Shown: positions 1 to 7,914 of the stretch, one piece after another
How the letters are laid out: each line of letters opens with the position of its first letter
Numbering within the stretch: the first letter of the stretch is position 1
Sequence record: MZ443771.1
Length of the DNA stretch: 64,000 nt
Strand: one strand, 5' to 3'
Position numbers and translations under genes: made by a program
The notes under the pieces: model-generated
Told to the model about the DNA's origin: nothing
The model's input: the letters and a program-made list of their open reading frames with translations, nothing else
Databases searched by the model: none

Positions 1-2
1 GT

Positions 3-752
3 AGGAGCAGACACGCCGGGAGTACCACCAGTGATAGGATGATACAAGTTTTGTGTGCCCCAGTAGATAGAGAAGAAAGTGCCGCCTGAGTTGTTGAAGT
101 TGATATTCCTATATGTGACTGCGTACTGCAACCTGTTGGCTGGAATGCCGTTGGCACCCATAACAATGTTACCGTTGCTCGACCATGAATACGAAGGACC
201 AGCGACGTTAGTGAACGAGTCCAATGTCTCAGGGTACACGAATACGCCCATATTGGTTGTATACATGTTGTTGCCCTGTTGACCGTTAAGCTGACCGTTA
301 GCAAGAATATTCAGTGTTCGGTCTATACCATAAGCAGCTCTCGCTTGCGGCACACTCTCACCCGTTGGCACAGTAATCATACCTAGGGGATCACTCAGAT
401 TGAGAGCAAACTGACGTTCCATGTATCGGTAGCTGGGCACTGTCGGTTGATTCACAGGAGCGAGTGTTCCTGATACTGTACCGTTATTGCTGGCATACGT
501 GTGGCTAACCAAACGTGTATGTAACCAGCGACGTGTACCATCAGCACTGACACCGGCTGCTGGGTTAAGCGGGATCTCTCCGTTTGTCGGATAGTCTCTG
601 GCGCTCGTCACAGATTTTTCAGCACACAACTTAACGAAACTGTTCCATGTCAAAGTACCCATGTCTGGCTTAGGCGTGGACGCTTCGAACAGGAACAGGC
701 TTCGTTCTATCATATGCTTTTGAGCGGTACGTCTTGACGGCACAAAAAGCAT
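3..752 (-). CDS. Putative virion structural protein, truncated at the window edge (MLFVPSRRTAQKHMIERSLFLFEAS...)
   Basis: My own translation gives an open frame from ATG 752 (alternative ATG 713) to the window start. It is missing from the ORF track because its stop is outside the window. N/G/T-rich, with an AGGTAGG SD-like sequence upstream. Confidence 0.75.
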   Translation of the reverse strand, partial: MLFVPSRRTAQKHMIERSLFLFEASTPKPDMGTLTWNSFVKLCAEKSVTSARDYPTNGEIPLNPAAGVSADGTRRWLHTRLVSHTYASNNGTVSGTLAPVNQPTVPSYRYMERQFALNLSDPLGMITVPTGESVPQARAAYGIDRTLNILANGQLNGQQGNNMYTTNMGVFVYPETLDSFTNVAGPSYSWSSNGNIVMGANGIPANRLQYAVTYRNINFNNSGGTFFSIYWGTQNLYHPITGGTPGVSAP

Positions 753-764
753 ATGCCACCTACC

Positions 765-1361
765 TTAGTACAGGATGACAGTACCAGACTGCGCACTATC
801 GAACGTGATGGTGAGCTGGCTGTTGCTGTCATGTACGATTGACTTAGGTTGGACCTCTTCCGTACCCTGATAGATGCGCACCGCTGGGTGATAGCCGAGG
901 TTGTGAGTAACAACCCATACAGCTTCATCAGTGAATGATGTGGTGAACGCTACGGTAGGAGTAGGCAGACCGCTTTCGATACCAGACAGAAGCACAGCGG
1001 TACCGGCAACGGGTTCAGGGAACAGCACGATAGTCGTGTTTGCATCCTGAGCTTTGATGGAGGAAGGCTGAACCACTTCGCCGTTCTCGTCGTAGCACTG
1101 CACGATAGGCGTAGCAGTATTCATGTTGTGCGCGATTTCCCAGCGAGACGACGCAGATGCCTGAGCATAACGGTACATCGTCATTTGCTGCGTCAGTGGC
1201 ACCCAGATTGGCAGAGTTTCGAACTCAACACAGAACATAAGACGCTTGTCCATGAAGATTGCCATGCCGGGCTGCGGGTTCTCAGGCCAGTCAGTTACTT
1301 CTGCGAACTTAAAGTTCTTGATTGAGCCGAACGCTAAGTCTAAGCTCCCGATGACTTTCAT
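765..1361 (-). CDS. Fibre-associated structural protein with two H-N-(L/M)-G/N beta repeats
   Basis: Likely start is MKVIGS (AGGAG 7 nt upstream). N-terminus is paralogous to the 1430..3055 protein (LDL..G..IKNF). Confidence 0.8.
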   Translation of the reverse strand: MKVIGSLDLAFGSIKNFKFAEVTDWPENPQPGMAIFMDKRLMFCVEFETLPIWVPLTQQMTMYRYAQASASSRWEIAHNMNTATPIVQCYDENGEVVQPSSIKAQDANTTIVLFPEPVAGTAVLLSGIESGLPTPTVAFTTSFTDEAVWVVTHNLGYHPAVRIYQGTEEVQPKSIVHDSNSQLTITFDSAQSGTVILY

Positions 1362-1380
1362 AAATCTTCTCCTGAAAGGT

Positions 1381-1408
1381 AAAAAGGGCAGGCAGATGCC
1401 CACCCTTT
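1381..1408 (-). terminator. Rho-independent terminator
   Basis: On the minus strand, GGGTGGGCA/TGCCTGCCC stem followed by TTTTT, downstream of the 541-aa fibre gene. Confidence 0.75.
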
Positions 1409-1429
1409 ATTTTATGCTACTGAGTCGAA

Positions 1430-3055
1430 TTACTCTGCTGGCGCAACGTAGGCGTTAGCACCAGTCACGAATGCAATTGCGACTTTCTTAGCAGTGGTCA
1501 GCTCAACGCGCAGGCTGTTAGCGTCGATGAACACGATCTCATCAGGAATGATCTGATAACCGGTGTCGTCAACAACAGTAACGGTACCGTACTTCACGCC
1601 AGCGTTGTGGGTGAAGGTGTGCGCTGTAGCAGCAACATCACCGCTAGCGGTTTTGTCGTACTGGTACAGTTTAGCAGCGGAGCCGCCAGCAGAAGCTGCG
1701 ATTGTATCAACAACGAACTTCTTGCTTACCGCAGAGTTGTCTGTGTAGTCTGCGCTATCACCGGTCAGGGTGATTTCAGCAACAGAGCCACCGGTCGCGT
1801 CGATGAAGCCGCCAGCAGTTTTAACCGCTGCAACGTCAACAGCGATTTTGCTATTGGTAGTGTCCTGTTTCAGGCCATCACCCAGAGCGGCAGCAGCAAT
1901 CTGGTCGTAACCAACGCCACCAGCAGCAATTGCCAGACCATCAACAGAACGTGCCAGAGTAGCGCCGTCCAGTTTCACGCGGGTAGAACCTGCGTTATCT
2001 TCCAGGCCACCAGCAGAATCCAGCTTCGCAGTCACAGCGTTAGAGGTGATCTGAATACCAGCACCAACTTTAACGTTAACTACGTTGCCAGATTTTTCCA
2101 GACCGTCACCGGCGTTGAACTCAGAGGCACCACCGAAGGTAGTCCAAACAGTGCCGTCAAAGCGACGATACTCTTTGATATCTTTGATCCACGTTACAGC
2201 GCCACCAGCTTCGCTGTCAGTCGGGTCAAACACGATCTTGAACGCAGTACCATCGTAGCGCACGATCATGTTATCAACCAGACCGGTGATGCTACCGAAG
2301 TTCGGGTTGATCTGGTCAGCAGCCAGAATCAGGTACTGCTTGCCAGCTACCAGCTCTGGGTCAAGAGTGCCGTCCTGCTGGATAGCGTCAGAGTCGTGCA
2401 GCCAGTCGATGCCAGCAATCGCGTTTTCGATATCGATCTTACGAGCAGCATCGTTCGGGTTAGCTGGAGCAGCCAGGTTAGCAACGGTGTTACCGTTAGC
2501 ATCGAGGTCACCAGACAGTTGGCCGTTAGCCGCGTTCAGCTTGCCGCCCAGAGCAGTTTCGTTTGCGTTAGCTTTGTTGCTAACAGCAGTGATCTGCGAC
2601 TGGATGTTAGAGCTTGCACCGGACAGATAGCCCAGTTCAGCAGCAGTGACGTTTGAGGTTTGCAGTTCGCTGTCAGCGCCCGCGATAACAACGCCGTTCT
2701 CGGTCAGGCCTGTGATTTTGTCTTGCTTGGTAGAAACAACGGTTTCAACGTGTTTCTTAGAAACAGCAGCGTTGTCAGCAGAAGCAGACTGGTCAGGACC
2801 AGACAGTTCGAGGTCAGCGGTCATCGCCACTGTACCGTCTGCGAGGATAACACCCTCTACAGAACCGCCGCCAGTGCCGAACTCTTTGATTACAGTACCG
2901 TCGAAGAATTTGTACTTCTTATCGGTGCTGTTATACCAGATACGCGCTTCTTGTGATGCGACCAGATCGCCAACCAGTGGGTCAGTTGCCAGAACTTCTG
3001 GACGGAAGTTCTTGATCTGTGCGCCTAACATTAAGTCAAGATTACCAGTACGCAT
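1430..3055 (-). CDS. Putative abundant fibre/structural protein
   Basis: Likely start is MRTGNL (AGGAG 7 nt upstream). A/G/T-rich, with coiled-coil and AGDGL-type fibre repeats, a C-terminal HNAG domain and its own terminator. Confidence 0.8.
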   Translation of the reverse strand: MRTGNLDLMLGAQIKNFRPEVLATDPLVGDLVASQEARIWYNSTDKKYKFFDGTVIKEFGTGGGSVEGVILADGTVAMTADLELSGPDQSASADNAAVSKKHVETVVSTKQDKITGLTENGVVIAGADSELQTSNVTAAELGYLSGASSNIQSQITAVSNKANANETALGGKLNAANGQLSGDLDANGNTVANLAAPANPNDAARKIDIENAIAGIDWLHDSDAIQQDGTLDPELVAGKQYLILAADQINPNFGSITGLVDNMIVRYDGTAFKIVFDPTDSEAGGAVTWIKDIKEYRRFDGTVWTTFGGASEFNAGDGLEKSGNVVNVKVGAGIQITSNAVTAKLDSAGGLEDNAGSTRVKLDGATLARSVDGLAIAAGGVGYDQIAAAALGDGLKQDTTNSKIAVDVAAVKTAGGFIDATGGSVAEITLTGDSADYTDNSAVSKKFVVDTIAASAGGSAAKLYQYDKTASGDVAATAHTFTHNAGVKYGTVTVVDDTGYQIIPDEIVFIDANSLRVELTTAKKVAIAFVTGANAYVAPAE

Positions 3056-3079
3056 TGTCATTCTCCTGAGTGCGTGGGA

Positions 3080-3823
3080 TTAGAAGAAGTTACTCTCGCA
3101 GTCATCAAGGCTGCAACGCAGTGCTTGATACGCAGTGATTCGTTCTTCCGTTAGATTGATATACTTATCATCAATATTGTACTTCACTCTGACAGGCACA
3201 TCGTACCCGTCGAGTAGGCCGTGTCGTTGATACACTTCAAGGCGAAGTACCGGTGCGCTGACCTGTCCGTGTTCCATGATGTTCAGGTCAATTTTGTCGG
3301 CGTAGATGAACGGACGCTCTCGCTTACACATGATGTAATCTATCTCATGCAAATTAAAGAGTGTGAAATTCATATAGCCAATAATGAACTCCGCAATCAG
3401 CCTGAATGTCTCCGACATGTCAGACCGAAACTGTTGTGTGAGAATCAGGTCAACGTGCGGTCGTATCGCTACGCGCATGTCATACCAACTCTCACAGAAC
3501 AGCGCTGGGAAGTCTTCCGGGTGATGGGCCATAAGACCCAACACATCGTTTTCCGTATCTGCGAAAGAGCTTAGGATCTCAGTGGCATCCTCATCTGTCT
3601 GAATGCCACAACCAGTTGAAATAAAACGACGCTCAATGTCTCTCAACCAAGACTCTGATGCAGATAGGTATTGAAGCAGTGTTTCTCGTGCGGCAGCCGT
3701 GAACTCATGCCTGTTAGAGTCAAGGACTTCTCCAAGCATAAAGGCTTTCGCTTTGTAGAAATCACTATAGCGTTCGGCAGTAAATCGTCTGAACCCTATG
3801 TTATTCTTCAAATAGCCCATCAT
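3080..3823 (-). CDS. Hypothetical soluble helical protein (247 aa)
   Basis: Long ORF coupled to the upstream stop. No family recognised. Confidence 0.7.
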   Translation of the reverse strand: MMGYLKNNIGFRRFTAERYSDFYKAKAFMLGEVLDSNRHEFTAAARETLLQYLSASESWLRDIERRFISTGCGIQTDEDATEILSSFADTENDVLGLMAHHPEDFPALFCESWYDMRVAIRPHVDLILTQQFRSDMSETFRLIAEFIIGYMNFTLFNLHEIDYIMCKRERPFIYADKIDLNIMEHGQVSAPVLRLEVYQRHGLLDGYDVPVRVKYNIDDKYINLTEERITAYQALRCSLDDCESNFF

Positions 3824-4329
3824 CGCAATGCCCTCAAATCATTCAACTCCGTGTTGCCTTGAGCATTCGGGGTTGTATAAAGAGAACTGGATATGCTCTG
3901 CAATCGCAGACCGAGCTTCTCAAGTTCCTGCTGGTTCCCGCCCAACTTATCAAGCACTTCGCGCATAAGGTCGACTGAGCTTTGATGGTCACGGGACTGC
4001 TGAGAGATGATACGTTCAAAGCGCTGCATCGCACGAAGAACAGAGTTCAAGCCCTCTTTCATATCCAAATTATCGACTGGCGCGGAGTCGGAGATTGCTT
4101 GAATCATCCGCATCATTTGCGCCAAGTCGGCTTGCAGCAGACCATCATCTGGATTGATAGTGGCCGCTGCTGCTTCCAGCTCTGCGTTCCGCGACTTCAA
4201 CTGCTCCAGCTCCTCAAGCTGAGGAAGCAGTTTCAACCAAACGTAGGCACCGCCCGCGATTAGTAGAACAACAGAGAAGACAGTCGCGTAGTTGGACGCA
4301 AGCAACTTGTCTAAAATATCCGCCCACAT
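3820..4329 (-). CDS. Single-pass membrane protein with long helical/coiled-coil C-terminus (holin-, spanin- or receptor-like)
   Basis: TM segment VFSVVLLIAGGAYVWL followed by heptad-rich helices. Likely start is MWADIL. Confidence 0.7.
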   Translation of the reverse strand: MWADILDKLLASNYATVFSVVLLIAGGAYVWLKLLPQLEELEQLKSRNAELEAAAATINPDDGLLQADLAQMMRMIQAISDSAPVDNLDMKEGLNSVLRAMQRFERIISQQSRDHQSSVDLMREVLDKLGGNQQELEKLGLRLQSISSSLYTTPNAQGNTELNDLRALR

Positions 4330-4334
4330 TATAT

Positions 4335-4619
4335 TCAACCCTTACAGGTGTTATCGTTCAGGTCGACGATGACCCGTTCGGCACCTGGTTCGTTTACGTC
4401 AGTGGTTTTGTACGTGTGCGCCATCCGAGGCTTGAACTCTAAGCAGCTTTGCCCGTAACGACCATCGACAACGCAAATGGCCGACAAGCAACTGACATCT
4501 TCCTTGAGAATTAAGTTTTCAGGAGATTGGTTAACACTCCTAACAGCAGTGATCACGAAACCCACCACAGCGAGAGAAATGACAACCACAATGGCAATCC
4601 TAATTCGCTTGGCTTGCAT
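4335..4619 (-). CDS. Small membrane-anchored protein with a 4-Cys exported domain
   Basis: Basic N-terminus (KRIR), hydrophobic helix and four Cys. Preceded by a GCTAATTT motif and GAGG. Confidence 0.7.
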   Translation of the reverse strand: MQAKRIRIAIVVVISLAVVGFVITAVRSVNQSPENLILKEDVSCLSAICVVDGRYGQSCLEFKPRMAHTYKTTDVNEPGAERVIVDLNDNTCKG

Positions 4620-4654
4620 TTCGGTTTCTACCTCATGGTCCTTTTATATGACTG

Positions 4655-4662
4655 AAATTAGC
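4655..4662 (-). promoter_or_regulatory. GCTAATTT putative late promoter
   Basis: Intergenic, 36 nt upstream of ATG 4619. Confidence 0.55.
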
Positions 4663-4683
4663 GAACCACTTGAATAAAGGAGG

Positions 4684-5709
4684 TCATTCCTCCAATACTC
4701 CGCTAATCTCCGAGAACATATTTTTGTACACTAAGGAACCATCTAGCTTGTCCAGTCTATCAACGAGAACATACAGTCTGGGTGACGTGCGGATATTAGC
4801 CCACGTCTTCTCATTACGGTCAAGTCCACCAAGCATCGGGACAATGACTATGCTGAGATTTTTGTTTGCCCTGACAAAGCCTACGTCAATGTGCTTCCTG
4901 TTTATACTTCTGAACAGCCTGTTGATTGCGTCCAAACCCACAGGCCGATTAAATTCCGTATCACTGACTGTATTGACTAAGCTGATGAGTATCCCTTTGT
5001 CCTTACCCTCGATCTCAAACAACGCAGCTTTCAGGTCAGCAACCGTCGAAGCGGAGAAGTATGAAACATCGTGGTTATAGTCCTTGAGACAACTGCCAAG
5101 CGCACGGGCAGATTCGATATGCGCAGCATTGTCATCTCTAAGGATATACACAGGAGCGTCTGCTTGGTAAGTCCGAGCAGTCATGAGATTGATAAGATCA
5201 CAAGAGGGCTTGCCTACTGTGGCTAAGCCCTTATTTGCAATGAAAAACTTATCTTTATACACATCGTAAATGTTTGGTGGCATGTACTTCATGTAATCAT
5301 CGTCCAGACTAAGAATCATTCGAGGCTTAGTTAACTGGACGACGAGTTGCATACTACGAAGCGATGCCCTATATTCCGTATCAGACAGAACTCGACTAAT
5401 CGGAAGGTATTGTACGACAACGAATCGGTCATCAATCGAATCGACAACCGAACGTATGAGCGTACTGCCTAGCGAGGGACCGGCAGAGAATTGGGTAACG
5501 AGCATCAAGCTATCTTCAACTAAGCCTTTAGACTCTGACAGCGTGATACCGTTACCCGTTTGCTTTACCGAACGCTCCCACGTTATTGTGGGGTCGTCTC
5601 GCTGATCGGCATGTACATCAATTGCGCTACACCAGAGACAGGCTCCAAGAATGTAAGCAGCAATACGTTGTCTGGATCTGCTTCTGCCGGGTTGACGGTT
5701 TCCGGCCAT
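4684..5709 (-). CDS. Exported protein resembling periplasmic binding-protein-like sensor domains
   Basis: GGAG SD and a signal peptide (RSRSRQR-IAAYILGACLWCSAI-DVHA). Alternating beta/alpha pattern with a P-x-x-I-L-S-L-D-D motif. Confidence 0.6.
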   Translation of the reverse strand: MAGNRQPGRSRSRQRIAAYILGACLWCSAIDVHADQRDDPTITWERSVKQTGNGITLSESKGLVEDSLMLVTQFSAGPSLGSTLIRSVVDSIDDRFVVVQYLPISRVLSDTEYRASLRSMQLVVQLTKPRMILSLDDDYMKYMPPNIYDVYKDKFFIANKGLATVGKPSCDLINLMTARTYQADAPVYILRDDNAAHIESARALGSCLKDYNHDVSYFSASTVADLKAALFEIEGKDKGILISLVNTVSDTEFNRPVGLDAINRLFRSINRKHIDVGFVRANKNLSIVIVPMLGGLDRNEKTWANIRTSPRLYVLVDRLDKLDGSLVYKNMFSEISGVLEE

Positions 5710-6407
5710 AGGACTTCTCCTCTCTCGTCAGTGACGTAAGGAATGCCTGCCCCTTTGCCCAATCCATGACGCAAAGCCCATACTGTGTCGGCATTCTCTT
5801 GCACAAACACAAGCCCTTTAACCGTTGCCTCGCCAGTCGCGTTTTCCAGTGCAGTGACGCGCGAAGTAAGTAACTGTGCGTCAGACTGAATAGTTCGAAT
5901 CGCAGCGAGGTTCGAGTTAACGCGCTGGTTCATGTTGTTAAACATGGTGAAGAACGAGTTGTTCATCGCCGTGCGAACGCCGTCCGTATAGGACTTAGGA
6001 ATCAGCTCATCGTTGTCAAACGTTGTCACGCCTGTACGAACGAGAACTTTACCGGTAAGACGTCCACCACTTGCGCTGATAATCTGAGGCGCTGGCAAAT
6101 CAGCTTCGTCCCAGACTTGAACAGTGGTCATCACCGTGTTGTAGTCAGTCTCTTCCTGCCACGTATTTTTGTACGGAGCAGTAGCAGTCTTAGACTTACG
6201 GCGCAGAACTTTTTTATAGTTAGCGCTCGTGCCGTCTGCGATAATCCAGAGACCGTTCAGTGGAAAGACATGCGTAACAGGTTCGGCGAACGCTAAGATG
6301 ATCATAACGTCTGCGCTTACCTTGTACACGATATTGTTCGACGCTGACAGACCTTGCTGCTGGGCAAGACTAATCAACGTGTCCACGTAGTTAGTCAACT
6401 GGCTCAT
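5583..6407 (-). CDS. Structural protein with coiled coil and C-terminal HGLG beta domain
   Basis: 274-aa ORF with GGAG SD. C-terminal domain resembles the repeats in 765..1361. Confidence 0.75.
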   Translation of the reverse strand: MSQLTNYVDTLISLAQQQGLSASNNIVYKVSADVMIILAFAEPVTHVFPLNGLWIIADGTSANYKKVLRRKSKTATAPYKNTWQEETDYNTVMTTVQVWDEADLPAPQIISASGGRLTGKVLVRTGVTTFDNDELIPKSYTDGVRTAMNNSFFTMFNNMNQRVNSNLAAIRTIQSDAQLLTSRVTALENATGEATVKGLVFVQENADTVWALRHGLGKGAGIPYVTDERGEVLWPETVNPAEADPDNVLLLTFLEPVSGVAQLMYMPISETTPQ

Positions 6408-6867
6408 CCGAGACTCCTAACGTTTTAAGAAGGGTAGAACTTGAATCGGAGAAGGCCTTAGCAATAAGTTTGGCAGCAGCCTTATCGACGACGAGAGTGC
6501 TGATACGCCCTTTTGTATTGCACACGATAGTCTGTGGCGAATACTGCGCGAGAGCAAGGGCGAATAGCAGATGATTACCCAAGTCACCAGAGATACTCAC
6601 TTCAACGTCCAGTTCAGGCACGTAGACATTCTGGTTAATTGTGGCAACAAACTGCGCCAGCACTTCCGGGTCGTGCTCAGGAGGCGCTGTATCATATCCT
6701 GCTACAAGATCAATCTGACCAGTAGCAGGGTCGTATGCGAAAGCTGATGGGTCACCGAGGATGCGACTGAATAGCTCGTCACTTACCTCGATGCAGTCAT
6801 CGTCTGTCTTCTCACGCACACGGCCGACAATCGAGTTATCGGCACGGTTGATTCTGATAATCGGCAT
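6391..6867 (-). CDS. Hypothetical protein, possible fibre assembly chaperone
   Basis: Likely start is MPIIRI. Lies directly downstream of a collagen fibre gene. Confidence 0.65.
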   Translation of the reverse strand: MPIIRINRADNSIVGRVREKTDDDCIEVSDELFSRILGDPSAFAYDPATGQIDLVAGYDTAPPEHDPEVLAQFVATINQNVYVPELDVEVSISGDLGNHLLFALALAQYSPQTIVCNTKGRISTLVVDKAAAKLIAKAFSDSSSTLLKTLGVSDEPVD

Positions 6868-6868
6868 A

Positions 6869-7690
6869 TTAATCACCTACCGCTGTGTACCAGAAGTCCC
6901 AGCCAGCAGTGTTAGTGCCAGTAGACTTAATGGTGAAGCCACCTAACAAGGCGTTCTCATTCATCGCGCTAGTACCATCCAAGTTGTAGAGCGTGTATGT
7001 CTTCGCTTGGTTGAGTGCCGCATTCACAAACGTAATCTGAATGCTGATACAGCGGTTGATGAATGCCGTGTTAAACACAACGTGAATTGTGTCTGTGGTT
7101 GATGCGTTCACGACTCGACCCATGTTATGAGTAAAGCCAGTGTTCATATCACGGTTGCTGCCAACCCATGCGTTAGGGATAACAGCACCAGTCACAGGGT
7201 TCAGTGCTTGCGATACACGATACTCGTCGATAGCAGCATCACGACCTGGGCTACCGGTAGGACCAGTAGCGCCAGTAGGCCCAACAGCGCCTGTGTTGCC
7301 AGTAGCGCCTACAGGACCCGTGTTGCCAGTAGGACCGTTGCGGCCACGCGGACCACGAGGGCCCGGGCAACCGTCTTCACCGTCACGGCCATCGCGTCCG
7401 TCAGCTCCGGGAAGACCGCGTAAGCCTTCTTTACCCTGCTTACCTTCGCGGCCAGATTTAAGCTGGTCAGCAGTGGGCAGACCTAGAACGTTTGATTGAC
7501 TACCGTCAGGCCAGATGATCGTTAGCGTACCGGTAGTCGTATCGAACTGCGCACCCTGAGAGCCGGGAATCTTTGCAGCTTCTGCTGGGTCGATAAACGC
7601 AACAGCAGTGGCCGTCTTCTTACCTAACACTTTACCAATGGGGTCAGTGCCACCGTCGATGAGTGCAGGATTAATCTTCGTAAGAGACAT
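6869..7690 (-). CDS. Collagen-like fibre protein with C-terminal gp53/H-type-lectin-like tip domain
   Basis: G-X-Y run (GREGKQG...GPTGATGPTG). The tip motif IHVVFNTAFINRCISIQIT resembles F..AF..C fibre-tip domains. Confidence 0.8.
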   Translation of the reverse strand: MSLTKINPALIDGGTDPIGKVLGKKTATAVAFIDPAEAAKIPGSQGAQFDTTTGTLTIIWPDGSQSNVLGLPTADQLKSGREGKQGKEGLRGLPGADGRDGRDGEDGCPGPRGPRGRNGPTGNTGPVGATGNTGAVGPTGATGPTGSPGRDAAIDEYRVSQALNPVTGAVIPNAWVGSNRDMNTGFTHNMGRVVNASTTDTIHVVFNTAFINRCISIQITFVNAALNQAKTYTLYNLDGTSAMNENALLGGFTIKSTGTNTAGWDFWYTAVGD

Positions 7691-7701
7691 GGGCTAAACT
7701 C

Positions 7702-7905
7702 CTAACCAGTCAGTGTTGTCCAATCAGGTTGTCCCGATTGTCCGGCTTCTGGGTTTTTGACTTTCGTGTTATTGACAGTCATACGAATCCAACGCACACT
7801 GCCGTCAGAATCTTGCCACCGGACTTTCGTTCCACCGTATGCTAAATTAGCTACCCATCTGTCTCTGCTCGGGTCTTTGAATGCTAAACGTGCATAAGCT
7901 GGCAT
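7702..7905 (-). CDS. Small Trp-rich structural protein (67 aa)
   Basis: GGAG SD. Fills the gap between two fibre genes and loosely resembles the N-terminus of 10837..12861. Confidence 0.65.
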   Translation of the reverse strand: MPAYARLAFKDPSRDRWVANLAYGGTKVRWQDSDGSVRWIRMTVNNTKVKNPEAGQSGQPDWTTLTG

Positions 7906-7914
7906 AAGCTCTCC

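Noticed and set aside
1607-2656. 349-aa plus-strand ORF, and similar long antisense ORFs at 15734..16678, 26089..27201 and 41867..43180
   Set aside because: Each is the antisense shadow of a codon-biased minus-strand gene, with no recognisable motif or SD, and runs against the uniform orientation.
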